From contig CAVWHO010000016.1 in the NCBI GenBank assembly GCA_963754875.1, positions 448,001 to 512,000 on the forward strand: 64,000 nucleotides of DNA, given 5' to 3'. The stretch is from Nitrospirota bacterium. GTDB taxonomy: Bacteria > Nitrospirota > UBA9217. The notes beneath the pieces were generated by a model, which was not told the origin of the DNA, ran no database searches, and saw nothing but the letters and a program-made list of their open reading frames with translations. Below, piece by piece: positions 27,673-37,941 of this stretch. Numbering within the stretch: the first letter of the stretch is position 1; each line of letters opens with the position of its first letter. The position numbers and the translations under genes are program-made.

Positions 27673-30600
27673 CTAAAATCCCAATTGCAAATTTGCGTAT
27701 CCTGAGGAATTCGAACCGGTCGTTGGACTTGCAGCGGTAATCTTAACCATATAGCTTCCTTCTGCAGACAAAATCACCTTTTTCCCGGATGTATCAGTGG
27801 AGTCTATACCGTTCCAATCGAATTCCTGGTCTCCTGCGCTCTGTGGCTGGCTGTTTACGAGCGTTATTGTTCCCCCGGTGCGCGGAATGAGCGCTATGGT
27901 CACGTTGGCGTCTCGAGAAAGATGGTATTTTATTTTTGTAAACTCGCCGTACGAGAATTGCATCTCGTTCGGGTCCGTTTTTACCTGACTGATTTTTGGA
28001 GTGTCTCCGCTTGTGATGATATAATTTTCCGGTAAAGGATGCGGACTACATTGAGCGAATATGTCCAAGTGCACAGATGTTCCGGTTATAAGCATGTCTG
28101 GCTGTACCAGCTGTTTCCCACTCCGATCTCTGCCGTCCCAGTCGAGGTAGTAATTTACCCCTGGAATAACTGGCACGCTATCTGCTATCTTATAACCCCA
28201 TGCAGGGAGAATGGGGGGAACATGTGACCACGCCGAAGAAGGTACGGAACACCAAATCGTGCAAATAGACGCCGTTGAATTACTAAAATTGATTGTCGCG
28301 GGTATGTTCCTCGAAGGGTCAATGTCGCGCGAATACGAAACGCTGGGCGTCCCGCTGGCGCCCGAGGCTGCCGGGCTATAAATTCCTGTCGTAATGCCAT
28401 CGACCGTAGCTTCAAGGGTGTAGAGATACGCGTTGTCCGGAACGGTCCGTCCAGTGTTGTCCTTTCCGTTCCACGTAAACAGATACGCTCCGGCAGCAGA
28501 ACAGTTCTGAGATGCCTGATATATCTGTGTGCCCGTCGTCTGCAAGATGATCTTCAGGGTCACCAAAGCCGGGTTGTCGATAATGAAAAAGATTGATACG
28601 GTGTTCGGCGCCGAGAGGTCGAGTGAATTGCTGTTTACGGCGACATTAGATACGTTGATTTTGTCCTGATTGATAGTTGCGTTGACCACAGCGCTATTGC
28701 CTGCCGCGTCGAATGCCGTTGCCGTTATAATGTTCGAACCCCATGCCAGATTCGTTACGGTGCAGCTCCACGTTGTCAATGTCGGATAGGTGACTAGACC
28801 AGCAACGGCAGTCGTATTGACCGATACTGTCACCGTGGCGCCAGACTCAATGTTCCCGGTGATAGTCTGGGTGGCTGTAATCGTAGGCGACGTGACCGGG
28901 TTGATGCTAATTGTGGGAGGCACGGTATCGACGGTGAAGACAGTTTCTGTGAATGCAACTGTCCCTGAGGTGTTTATTACTTCGACCCTCAACGTATGAG
29001 TGCCGTCGGATAGGATGTCTAGATTACTTCCCGAAACTTTGGATACGATGTTCCCATCAACCTTGACTGCAGTGGCAGTGCCATTTACAACCGTATAGTT
29101 CAAGAACGGAGTGTTATTATTGGTCATGCCGATTGGCGATATGATCTGTACATACGGAACTATGGCAGCATAAAGGTTAATTATCTCCTGAGTGCCTAAA
29201 GCGCGGTTATAAATAGAAACTTCATCGATGAGACCATGATACGGGCCATAATTTATTACATTTCCAAAAACGGTGGAAGGATACACATTGGGACGCTGAC
29301 TTATCAGACCCTGTCTCACAAACTGGCCGTTAACGTAGAGATTCGGTTGCTTATTCTGATAAACAACAACAATATGGTTCCAACCCATTATTGGAGCATT
29401 ATATACAAGAAGTGATGGTAGGTAATTATTCCCATGCTCAAAGACGCTGATCCCGTTCGTTCCTACTGATACTCCGGCTCCGCCATTAGAGCCGCTTGGC
29501 ATCGGTGCAATGGCATATTGCTGACCGCTAGTCCCTGAACCATCAGAATTACTCTCGGCAGTAACGGCCCGTGTTCCTGCGGGGTTTGCCCAAAATGCAA
29601 TCGTAAAAGTGTTCGGTGCGCTAACAATAGATCCGGTGCCAGCCATCACGTAATCATCCACGCCGTCAAAGCTGCTGGCTTGGGTGCCCACCCGTGCATT
29701 CGCGCTGAACGTTACGCCGTTGTAACCTGTTCCGTTGTTGCCAGTTCCTGAATAGTCAAGCCAATTCCCGTCCATGTGCCAGAGGCCCAAAAGGCTGGGA
29801 TCAAGCTGATTTGCCGGAAGAACGTTAACCGTAATCGTCGCCGGGTCGCTTAGCCTGCCCGAGGAATCTTGAGTCATAATGCTCAAAGTGTTTGATCCTG
29901 GCACCATGGTATAAGTTTGTGTCCAGGATGTGAAGTCATCTGGGAAGACAATCTCTACTCCGTTTACCCAGACCGATGTGCCGGCTGGTTTTGTGCCTGA
30001 CAGTGTAACGACGTCATCATACGTTGTTGTCAGAACCGGCTGGACAATTGGTGCGCCAGGGGGCGTTCCGCCAATACCGGCATTATAAATATGTCGAATT
30101 TCATCGGCTGATATCGCCCGATTATATATCCCCACGTCATCGATGAGACCGTGATAAGGCCCATAATTTACTACATTTCCAAAAACGGTGGAAGGATACA
30201 CATTGGGACGCTGACTTATCAGACCCTGCCTCACAAACTGGCCGTTTACGTAGAGATTCGGTTGCTTATTTTGATAAACAATAACAATATGGTTCCAACC
30301 CGCCAATGGAGCATTGTATACGAGAAGCGATGGTAAGTAAGAGCTTCCATGCTCAAAGACGCTGATCCCGTTTGTCCCTACTGATACCCCGGCACCGCCA
30401 TTGGAGCCGCTGTACATCGGAGCAATGGCATATTGCTGACCGCCCATCCCTGTAATCCCAGAATTGCTTTCGTCAGTAACGGTCCGTGTTCCGGCGGGGT
30501 TTGCCCAAAAAGCAATCGTAAAAGTGTTAGGTGTGCTAACAATAGATCCGGTGCCAGCCATCACATAATCATCCACGCCGTCAAAACTGCCGGCTTGGGG

Positions 30601-33276
30601 TCCCACCCGCGCATTATTACTAAACGTCACGCCGTTGTAACCTGTTCCGTTGTTGCCATTTCCTGATGCGTCCGTCCAGTCCCCGTTCATGTGCCAAAGA
30701 CCAACACGTCCGATTCCACCATTGTATGCTTTGTTTATCTGGTCAACTGTGATAGCTCGGTTATAAACAATAACTTCATCGATAAGACCGTTAAAATATC
30801 CTCCTCCCCCTAAAAATGCCCCGATTGAAAAGCTGCCATTTACTGTACCCGGCGGTGAAGTCGTACCCGAGTTTTCTTGCACGCCGTCAACATAAATTCG
30901 CACTGTATTCGTGCTCGTACCTTCGTATACTCCGACAACGTAATGCCACTGACTGTCGGAGAGGATAGATGTTCCGCTAATGCTACCGCTGTCAGTGCCG
31001 ATCGCCGCTCTGTTCGTACTATCAATAAATAACTGGAAGTTCGAAGCTGAACCCGTGCCGTACTGGAGAATGGATCTGTTCTGTGTTCCATTTCCTGTTT
31101 TGATCCAGGCAGAGACAGCCCGCGGAGAGTTGCCTAGAGGAAGGCTATAAGCAGTTCCATTTACAGACGCACTAACCCCGTCAAAGCTGCCGGCATTGGT
31201 GCCCACACGGGCATCTGCGCTGAATACGGCACTGGTTGCCGTTCCATTATTGCCGTTGCCGGTAGCGTCCTTCCAGTCACCGTCCATATGCCAGAGTGCA
31301 ACGGAAAGGCCAGCGTTGTAAGATCTGTTTATTTCATCAGTTGTCAGAGCGCGGTTATATACAGCCACCTCGTCGATTAGGCCGTGATAAGGCCCATAAT
31401 TCACTACATTTCCAAAAACGGTGGAAGGATACACATTGGGACGCTGACTTATCAGTCCCTGCCTCACAAACTGGCCGTTTACGTAGAGATTCGGTTGCTT
31501 ATTCTGATAAACAACAACAATATGGTTCCAACCCGTTATTGGAGCATTATATACAAGAAGTGATGGCAAATAAGAATTCCCATGCTCAAAAACGCTGATA
31601 CCGTTCGTTCCTACTGATACTCCGGCTCCGCTATTGGCGCCGCTCGGCATAGGGCCAATGGCATATTGCTGACCGCCTATCCCTGAAATCCCAGAATTGC
31701 TTTCAGCAGTAACGGTCCGTGTTCCCGCGGGGTTTGCCCAAAATGCAATCGTAAAAGTATTCGGTGCACTAATAATAGATCCGGTGCCAGCCATCACATA
31801 ATCATCCACGCCGTCAAAACTGCCGGCTTGGCTGCCCACTTGCGCATTGGTGCTGAACGTCACGCCGTTGTAACCTGTTCCGTTATTGCCAGTTCCTGAT
31901 GCGTCCGTCCAGCCCCCGTCCATATGCCAAAGGCCAACACGGCCAATTCCGCCATTGTATGCTTTGTTTATCTGGTCAGCTGTAATAGCTCGGTTGTAAA
32001 CAATGGCTTCATCGATAAGACCGTTAAAATATCCTCCTCCCCCTAAAAATGCCCCGATTGAAAAGTTGCCACTTATTGTACTGGGTGCCGTAATCGTTCC
32101 GCTGTTCTCCTGTACACCGTCAACGTAGATCCTAACAATATTCGTGCCTGTACCTTCATATACTCCAACCACATAATGCCACTGACTGTCAGAGAGGACA
32201 GATGTTCCGCTAATGCTACCGCTGTCAGTGCCGATCGCCGCTCTGTTCGTACTATCAATAAATAACTGGAAGTTCGAAGCTGAACCCGTGCCGTACTGGA
32301 GAATGGATCTGTTCTGTGTTCCATTTCCTGTTTTGATCCAGGCAGAGACAGCCCGCGGAGAGTTGCCCAGAGGAAGGCTATAAGCAGTTCCATTTACAGA
32401 CGCACCAACCCCGTCAAAGCTGCCGGCATTGATGCCCATACGGGCATCTGTGCTGAATATGGCACCGGTTGCCGTTCCATTATTGCCGTTGCCGGTAGCG
32501 TCCGTCCAGTCACCGTCCATGTGCCAGAGTGCAGCGTAAAAACCAGCATCGTAAGATTTGCTTATCTCGTCAGCTGTCAGAGCGCGGTTATATACAGCCA
32601 CCTCGTCGATCAAGCCGTTAAAATAGCCACCGTAGTATCCATATCCTATCGTTATCCTGTCTTGCCAGTTGAAATCCGAATGATCATAAGCATTTGAACC
32701 AACTAGTTGTCCATCAATATAAGCAGTCTGCCCTACGCCGTTCGAGACAACAAGGGCCCAATGATGCCAAGCATTGTCAGCTACATATTTGTTCGTACAC
32801 CACGCTGGTCCCTGCCATACGTAGATGCATGCATAACCGTTACTGTTGACGTACAAGTTTCTGTCTGACCCGTTAGAGCCTGAGAAACTTCCAGCGTTGA
32901 CGCTAAATATTCCGCCCGGATTGCTCGTCTTTGCCCACGCTTCAATTGTAAAGTTGTGTGCGGGAACTGCCATCATCACTTGGACATAACCACTCACGCC
33001 GTTAAAATTGCCTGACTGACTGCCGACATGTGCATCTGTGCTGAACGTCGCGCTACTGGATGCCGTCCCATTGTGGCCGTTACCCGAGGCATCCGTCCAG
33101 TCACCGTCCATGTGCCAAAGACCGACAAGACTCGGATCCTGAGCCCCCATTGCCAGTGAGGGCTCTGTAAGCCGCATAATAAATAACGACGCAACCAAAA
33201 GGGCAGAGATAAAAATCCAATTTTCTTTTAGCTGTCTGCTTTTGTATGCTTTGTCACGCAATCGATAAACGTTCAT
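27673..33276 (-). CDS. Large exported protein: six LamG-like domains, Ig-like domains, FlgD-like Ig domains
   Basis: Six LWHM(D/N)GxW...GLID(E/D)..YNRA repeats; TVDTVPP Ig; FTWNGKD, WDGRD, FDWNGID FlgD-type motifs; N-terminal hydrophobic segment. Confidence 0.9.
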   Translation of the reverse strand: MNVYRLRDKAYKSRQLKENWIFISALLVASLFIMRLTEPSLAMGAQDPSLVGLWHMDGDWTDASGNGHNGTASSSATFSTDAHVGSQSGNFNGVSGYVQVMMAVPAHNFTIEAWAKTSNPGGIFSVNAGSFSGSNGSDRNLYVNSNGYACIYVWQGPAWCTNKYVADNAWHHWALVVSNGVGQTAYIDGQLVGSNAYDHSDFNWQDRITIGYGYYGGYFNGLIDEVAVYNRALTADEISKSYDAGFYAALWHMDGDWTDATGNGNNGTATGAIFSTDARMGINAGSFDGVGASVNGTAYSLPLGNSPRAVSAWIKTGNGTQNRSILQYGTGSASNFQLFIDSTNRAAIGTDSGSISGTSVLSDSQWHYVVGVYEGTGTNIVRIYVDGVQENSGTITAPSTISGNFSIGAFLGGGGYFNGLIDEAIVYNRAITADQINKAYNGGIGRVGLWHMDGGWTDASGTGNNGTGYNGVTFSTNAQVGSQAGSFDGVDDYVMAGTGSIISAPNTFTIAFWANPAGTRTVTAESNSGISGIGGQQYAIGPMPSGANSGAGVSVGTNGISVFEHGNSYLPSLLVYNAPITGWNHIVVVYQNKQPNLYVNGQFVRQGLISQRPNVYPSTVFGNVVNYGPYHGLIDEVAVYNRALTTDEINRSYNAGLSVALWHMDGDWKDATGNGNNGTATSAVFSADARVGTNAGSFDGVSASVNGTAYSLPLGNSPRAVSAWIKTGNGTQNRSILQYGTGSASNFQLFIDSTNRAAIGTDSGSISGTSILSDSQWHYVVGVYEGTSTNTVRIYVDGVQENSGTTSPPGTVNGSFSIGAFLGGGGYFNGLIDEVIVYNRAITVDQINKAYNGGIGRVGLWHMNGDWTDASGNGNNGTGYNGVTFSNNARVGPQAGSFDGVDDYVMAGTGSIVSTPNTFTIAFWANPAGTRTVTDESNSGITGMGGQQYAIAPMYSGSNGGAGVSVGTNGISVFEHGSSYLPSLLVYNAPLAGWNHIVIVYQNKQPNLYVNGQFVRQGLISQRPNVYPSTVFGNVVNYGPYHGLIDDVGIYNRAISADEIRHIYNAGIGGTPPGAPIVQPVLTTTYDDVVTLSGTKPAGTSVWVNGVEIVFPDDFTSWTQTYTMVPGSNTLSIMTQDSSGRLSDPATITVNVLPANQLDPSLLGLWHMDGNWLDYSGTGNNGTGYNGVTFSANARVGTQASSFDGVDDYVMAGTGSIVSAPNTFTIAFWANPAGTRAVTAESNSDGSGTSGQQYAIAPMPSGSNGGAGVSVGTNGISVFEHGNNYLPSLLVYNAPIMGWNHIVVVYQNKQPNLYVNGQFVRQGLISQRPNVYPSTVFGNVINYGPYHGLIDEVSIYNRALGTQEIINLYAAIVPYVQIISPIGMTNNNTPFLNYTVVNGTATAVKVDGNIVSKVSGSNLDILSDGTHTLRVEVINTSGTVAFTETVFTVDTVPPTISINPVTSPTITATQTITGNIESGATVTVSVNTTAVAGLVTYPTLTTWSCTVTNLAWGSNIITATAFDAAGNSAVVNATINQDKINVSNVAVNSNSLDLSAPNTVSIFFIIDNPALVTLKIILQTTGTQIYQASQNCSAAGAYLFTWNGKDNTGRTVPDNAYLYTLEATVDGITTGIYSPAASGASGTPSVSYSRDIDPSRNIPATINFSNSTASICTIWCSVPSSAWSHVPPILPAWGYKIADSVPVIPGVNYYLDWDGRDRSGKQLVQPDMLITGTSVHLDIFAQCSPHPLPENYIITSGDTPKISQVKTDPNEMQFSYGEFTKIKYHLSRDANVTIALIPRTGGTITLVNSQPQSAGDQEFDWNGIDSTDTSGKKVILSAEGSYMVKITAASPTTGSNSSGYANLQLGF
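30110..32590. repeat. About 1233-bp intragenic tandem duplication (two LamG domains); third partial copy near 29200-29790
   Basis: Near-identical DNA offset by 1233 bp, e.g. CCAGAGTGCA at 31291 and 32524. Confidence 0.9.
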
Positions 33277-33403
33277 CTCGTTCCTCTCAAGCTATACGAA
33301 TTGGACAACCTAAGGTCAAGATCGTCATGAAAATTACTAGGTATCAAACAATTTTACATTGAAAGATTAAGCGTTACAGAGTCTGTACGCAGATGTAACA
33401 ACT

Positions 33404-33585
33404 ATAATTTCCCAGTCGCCATCCATGCGTCAAAGACCCACGAGACTTGGATCTTGGACGGCAACAGCAGGTAATGGCGAGAGAAGCGGAAGAAGAATTA
33501 ACAGGATTAAAAGCGACATGGAAGACCAAAAGAAGTAATGAGGATTTCCATTAACAGTTTTGTCCCTTAGATAGAACATTTACAT
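33404..33585 (-). pseudogene. Decayed paralogous 5' end of the LamG gene
   Basis: M*MFYLRDK...AVQDPSLVGL*RMDGDW versus MNVYRLRDK...GAQDPSLVGLWHMDGDW. Confidence 0.75.
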
Positions 33586-34264
33586 GTCCTTTTCCGTTGA
33601 AGCATTGGTTTCGTTTTTATACTAGAAAACCGAGTGAGGAGAGAAAGTGAAACTGTAGCGATACTTATTTGCTTGAATAAGCAGTATTCTGCAGCTAAAA
33701 ACTCATGCTCTGTGAATCATTTCCCGACTTTTGTTTGATGAGAGCGGGTAATTTTTAGCATTATATACAAAGAAAAGCAATCAGGGATTCCCTATATTTT
33801 GCTTCGTTTTTCCTGGGGGATACCAAACTCAAATTAAGGTCAATAAAAAATATCTAATCGACAGCGTTGACATATCCTAAAGATATCAAATGCTTAACTG
33901 AGTAAAATACTTTTCGTCTAGTGGATAAACCGAGGAACGGGGGGTGCTTAACCAATTTCTGGTAAAAACATTATTTTGTTTCCATATAGGTGTATTTTTT
34001 GTAAGACGATTTAATAAGGCGGGCTAGCTATTCTTAAGGGATGTCAAAAAAGTGTCGTGGTACTCGATGCAAATAAACAAATCCTTAAGATAAATTACAA
34101 TGAATACTACATGAAATATGCACTACCATTACGGTATCGCTCGTTGTAGACTACAGGAAGGACTTCTTGAGTTATTATGAATCGAAAAAATTACACATTC
34201 CTATTTGAATTTTTCTTCAAAAGCAAATGATACTGACTGTACTACAGCATTGAGTACCTTCCAT

Positions 34265-34390
34265 TTAAAAAGTTTGTTCCGCACCTTCTATCATCGATGC
34301 CACAAGCGACGGTTCCGCGATAACTGGTCTGATAAAATCGAATGTCTTATCGATATTTCTATCCAAAAACTCTTCTTTGTCATTTAATCA
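34265..34390 (-). pseudogene. Possible small-protein remnant (DUF5647-like)
   Basis: Frame reads NDKEEFLDRNIDKTFDFIRPVIAEPSLVASMIEGAE without a clean start. Confidence 0.25.
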
Positions 34391-34405
34391 TACCCGTTGT
34401 AATGT

Positions 34406-34441
34406 CAAAAAAAAGGGCTGATCTCATTCGAAATCAGCCCT
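34406..34441 (-). terminator. Terminator downstream of tmRNA
   Basis: AGGGCTGAT..ATCAGCCCT hairpin followed by T-run on minus strand. Confidence 0.75.
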
Positions 34442-34513
34442 AAATCCAGCACAACTTTTTTGCAGCAAATTTACAAAACTAGTAAAAATATCCTTATTTT
34501 TCAACTACTTAAC

Positions 34514-34868
34514 TGGTGGAGGCGGCGGGAATTGAACCCGCGTCCGAAAACCTTCAGCCGGAAGCTCATACATGCTTATCCCCTCGTTTTAAGCTCTCGC
34601 CTCATCCAGCGCCTTGGGGAAAGCTTTGGAATCGGCCAGCCCGGTTTATCTTATCCTCCCGCCCCGGACGAAGTCGGGAAGACCAGCCTGGTTTGTGACG
34701 TCTCTGCGACTGTTCAGGCGCCGGCCGCGAAACGCGCTGACTAGTTAATTAGGCAGCGAGTGCCAGTTCGTTATTGGCAGTTCTATTTTGCCATGTGTTT
34801 TACGAGCCCCATGGCACCTCGGCATGCAACTCCCAACCTCTGTATCCCCGTCGAAGCCTGTCGCCCCC
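34514..34868 (-). ncRNA. ssrA: tmRNA, tag peptide ANNELALAA
   Basis: 5' GGGGGCGA, 3' GGTTCAATTCCCGCCGCCTCCACCA; internal GCC AAT AAC GAA CTG GCA CTC GCT GCC TAA. Confidence 0.97.
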
Positions 34869-34881
34869 CTTCTTTAAAAAT

Positions 34882-34971
34882 AGTTCAAAGTTCAGGGTAC
34901 TGAGTTCATAGTAAAATCAACATCAAAGTCTCCGTTTTTCACTCTGAACTATGAACTGTGAACTCTGAACT
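34882..34971. repeat. Inverted heptamer-repeat hairpin (AGTTCAN / NTGAACT)
   Basis: AGTTCAA AGTTCAG..AGTTCAT versus CTGAACT ATGAACT GTGAACT CTGAACT. Confidence 0.7.
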
Positions 34972-34984
34972 AATATATACTACC

Positions 34985-35308
34985 TTATTCCTTCGGTGAA
35001 TTCAACAGCCGTTGTGCGGCCTCTTCATCAACACCAATTACCTTGATGATCTTTTCTCTTCCCGTATGTCCGGAAACGATTTCCACCTGCGACCGGCCTA
35101 CGTCAAATGCATCGGCAAGAAACTTCACCAGCGCCTCGTTGGCCGCGCCGTCGACCGGCGGGGCCGTGAGCCTGATCTTGAGCCTGCCGTCGTCCATTCT
35201 CGTGATCTCGTTTTTCGACGCCCGGGGCTGGATCCGTACCGAGAGCGAGACCGACGTTTCCTCCGTTTTATTCCGGGGCTGGCTCTTCTTTGGCTTCACC
35301 GGCTTCAC
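34985..35308 (-). CDS. yggU: DUF167/YggU family protein
   Basis: VRIQPRASKN, LTAPPVDGAANEAL, SGHTGREK. Confidence 0.88.
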   Translation of the reverse strand: MKPVKPKKSQPRNKTEETSVSLSVRIQPRASKNEITRMDDGRLKIRLTAPPVDGAANEALVKFLADAFDVGRSQVEIVSGHTGREKIIKVIGVDEEAAQRLLNSPKE

Positions 35309-35771
35309 CGCCTGTCCCCTCGATAATTGATCATTTCCAGGTGCATCTCGATCACCTTCTTCATGTCCTGGAGAAAGTGGTGCTTGCGGCGCTTCAGTTC
35401 CTCGATCTCCGTCTCGAGCTCGAAATTTCTCCTGCTGGGCATTGTTGATGATCTGGTGGCTGCGGATCTCGGCGTCCTTGATGACGAGATTCGCCTCCTT
35501 CCTGGCGCCGTTCTTCAGCTCATCGATCAGTTTCTGCGTCATCAGCATCGTGTTCTTGACGGTCTCTTCCTTCTCGGCGAGCTCGCGGAGCCGTCTGATC
35601 GTAGGACTGGCGGAACTCCCGCAGCTCCGTCATCTCCCGCACAAGCGACTCCATTTCATCCCGCACGAGATCGAGAAACATTTCGACTTCCGTACGGTCG
35701 TAACCCCGGAAACCGATATGAAACCGCTTCTGCTGGATGTCGAGCGGCGTGACCTTTATCCCGTTAGTCAT
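35305..35771 (-). CDS. DivIVA domain protein (frameshifted)
   Basis: VTPLDIQQKRF..FRGYDRTEVEMFL; coiled-coil continuation in other frames. Confidence 0.85.
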
Positions 35772-35812
35772 GGTATTGCCTGCCTCCCCGGCCATTGGAC
35801 ATGGCCGATTGC

Positions 35813-36112
35813 CTACCCCATGGAGCGTCCGATGCGTAACAGCGTGTTGATCAAAGCTATTCTCAAAAACATAATTATGAGAAACGCAATGATCGGAGAA
35901 ATATCAATTCCAATTTTATATGGTGGGAAAAGCTTCCTGAGTGGCCGGAGTATCGGCTCCGTCAGCTTTTGTAAAATCTGAACAATGGGATTGTAAGGAT
36001 CGGGATTTACCCATGAGAGGAGAGCCCTGATGGCTATAATCCACATGCTTGCCACTAACACCCAATCCAACACTTCTGCAATTCCGATAAGGATATTTCC
36101 AATTACGAACAT
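35813..36112 (-). CDS. yggT: YggT family membrane protein
   Basis: RALLSWVNPDPYNPIV..LTEPIL..IDISPI. Confidence 0.92.
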   Translation of the reverse strand: MFVIGNILIGIAEVLDWVLVASMWIIAIRALLSWVNPDPYNPIVQILQKLTEPILRPLRKLFPPYKIGIDISPIIAFLIIMFLRIALINTLLRIGRSMG

Positions 36113-36196
36113 CGTTCCTCCTGCAAACTCTAAATTAACCACAGAGACACTGGGAGACGGAGATTCTCTGTGCCTCTGTGGCGAAAAACAGAGGTT

Positions 36197-37009
36197 TTAC
36201 TTTCCCAGTTCCTTGCTCCTCGCCGTTGCCGCCTCCACCGCGTTCATGAGCGTGGCCCGGAGTTTCCCCTTTTCAAGCGCGTGCAGCCCCTCGATCGTCG
36301 TACCGCCGGGAGAGGTCACCATGTCACGCAGCTTCCCGGGGTGTTCTTTCGTATCCAGCACCATTTTAGCCGAGCCGTACACGGTCTGCGCGGCAAGCTC
36401 GAGCGCCAGCTGGCGGGGAAGCCCTGCTTTGACGCCTGCATCGGATAAAGCGTCGATGATCATGAACACATACGCAGGGCCGCTTCCGGAGAGGCCGGTC
36501 ACCGCATCCATGAGTTTCTCTTCAACAACTACCGATCTGCCCACGGAATTAAATATGCTCTGCGCGAGCGAAAGGTCGTCACTCGTCGCGCCGGTGCCTG
36601 CAGCGAGTGCGGCCGCGCCCGCAAGAACGAGCGCGGGAGTATTCGGCATCACCCGTACAACGCGAGAACCTTTTTTGAGCACGTTCTCGATTTTGGCCAG
36701 GGGAACGCCTGCTGCAATGGATATGACGAGCTTATTGTCGTCAACAGCAGGAGCTATCTCCGCGAGGACCTTTTCAAGCACCTGTGGCTTGACGCTCAGT
36801 ATGATGATGCCTGCCTCGCGCACCGCATCGTTGTTCGTTTTATGAGTAATGATACCATAGCTCTTTCTGAGATGCTCAAGGCGGTCCGCTGAAACGTCGG
36901 CAGCCAGGACCTGCTCCGGCTTAGCCGTGCCCGATGCGAGCAATCCCTTGATGAGCGCTTCGGCCATGTTCCCGCTGCCCAGGAATGCGATTTTTTTATC
37001 GAGTGCCAT
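36197..37009 (-). CDS. proC: Pyrroline-5-carboxylate reductase
   Basis: GSGNMAEA, RVMPNTP, TGLSGSGPAY, VTSPGGTT. Confidence 0.97.
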   Translation of the reverse strand: MALDKKIAFLGSGNMAEALIKGLLASGTAKPEQVLAADVSADRLEHLRKSYGIITHKTNNDAVREAGIIILSVKPQVLEKVLAEIAPAVDDNKLVISIAAGVPLAKIENVLKKGSRVVRVMPNTPALVLAGAAALAAGTGATSDDLSLAQSIFNSVGRSVVVEEKLMDAVTGLSGSGPAYVFMIIDALSDAGVKAGLPRQLALELAAQTVYGSAKMVLDTKEHPGKLRDMVTSPGGTTIEGLHALEKGKLRATLMNAVEAATARSKELGK

Positions 37010-37181
37010 GAAGCCTCCAGTTCGTGAAGATCCGCCACGGAGACACGAAGAGCCAGAGAAAAACGGTCACTTCCAACGTCATTCTGCAGGGGTAATATGA
37101 AACAAGCATGGGACCCGGTACTGCAGGAATGACACTTACCATCACTACTCTGTGCTTTCGGTGCTCTGCGGCATGAAATTT

Positions 37182-37868
37182 CTATTTTCTCGCCCCGAAA
37201 ATCGCCGTGCCCACCCGCACCAGGGTTGCGCCCTCTTCCACGGCCGTTTCAAAGTCTCCGCTCATCCCCATCGAGAGTTCCTGCATCGACAGGCCGGGAA
37301 TGTTTTCTCGTGCAATGCTCGCGGCCAGTTCTCTCAGCTTCCGGAAATAAGGCCGCACGGCTTCGGGATCGTCCAGCAAAGGAGGAATGGTCATGAGACC
37401 TTTGATCGAAATATTTTTGAGCTTCGCTGCTTCTTGGACGAGGGCTGGTGCATCGTGTATTGCAACTCCGGCCTTGCTCGCCTCTCCCGCGATGCTCACC
37501 TCTATCAGGACAGCCAGCTTTTTATTGATTTTCGCTGCTTGTTTGTCAAGTTCCTTTGCAAGCTCCAGGCTGTCTACCGAATGAATCATATCAAAAAGCT
37601 TGACCGCATACTTGGCCTTGTTGGTCTGCAGGTGACCGATCAAGTGCCAGTGCGCAACAAGGCCGAGCTTCTCGATCTTCTCTTTCGCTTCCTGCACGCG
37701 GTTCTCGCCGAGGATCGTTGCATTCGCGGCAACGGCCTCCTGGATCCGTTCGGTGTCCACGGTTTTCGTGACCACAACCAGCTTGATTGAAGAAGGGTCG
37801 CGGCCCGAGCGCTCTGCTGCAGCTACGATCCGGCCCTGCACCGCCTTAAGATTCTCCGCTATCGACAT
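37182..37868 (-). CDS. yggS: PLP homeostasis protein YggS
   Basis: [40 protein letters not shown]. Confidence 0.96.
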   Translation of the reverse strand: MSIAENLKAVQGRIVAAAERSGRDPSSIKLVVVTKTVDTERIQEAVAANATILGENRVQEAKEKIEKLGLVAHWHLIGHLQTNKAKYAVKLFDMIHSVDSLELAKELDKQAAKINKKLAVLIEVSIAGEASKAGVAIHDAPALVQEAAKLKNISIKGLMTIPPLLDDPEAVRPYFRKLRELAASIARENIPGLSMQELSMGMSGDFETAVEEGATLVRVGTAIFGARK

Positions 37869-37941
37869 AGGTTATATGGACCAAGGCAACCGTGTTGTCG
37901 TTCAGAGTTACGCCGACATGGTCGGCTCGGTCCAAACAGTT

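Larger units (their letters stand above)
17071..34530. mobile_element. Genomic island at ssrA 3' end (no integrase seen)
   Basis: CTTATAAGATCAACAACTTAGATGGTGGGGCGGCGG (17071-17106) resembles CTTATTTTTCAACTACTTAACTGGTGGAGGCGGCGG spanning the tmRNA 3' end; TACCCCCAAAAGTACCCCCA repeat near 17169; visibly lower GC and accessory cargo. Confidence 0.7.

Noticed and set aside
33600..34400. Integrase gene or riboswitch between ssrA and the LamG gene
   Set aside because: AT-rich with no long ORF, no tyrosine-recombinase motifs and no recognisable riboswitch core.
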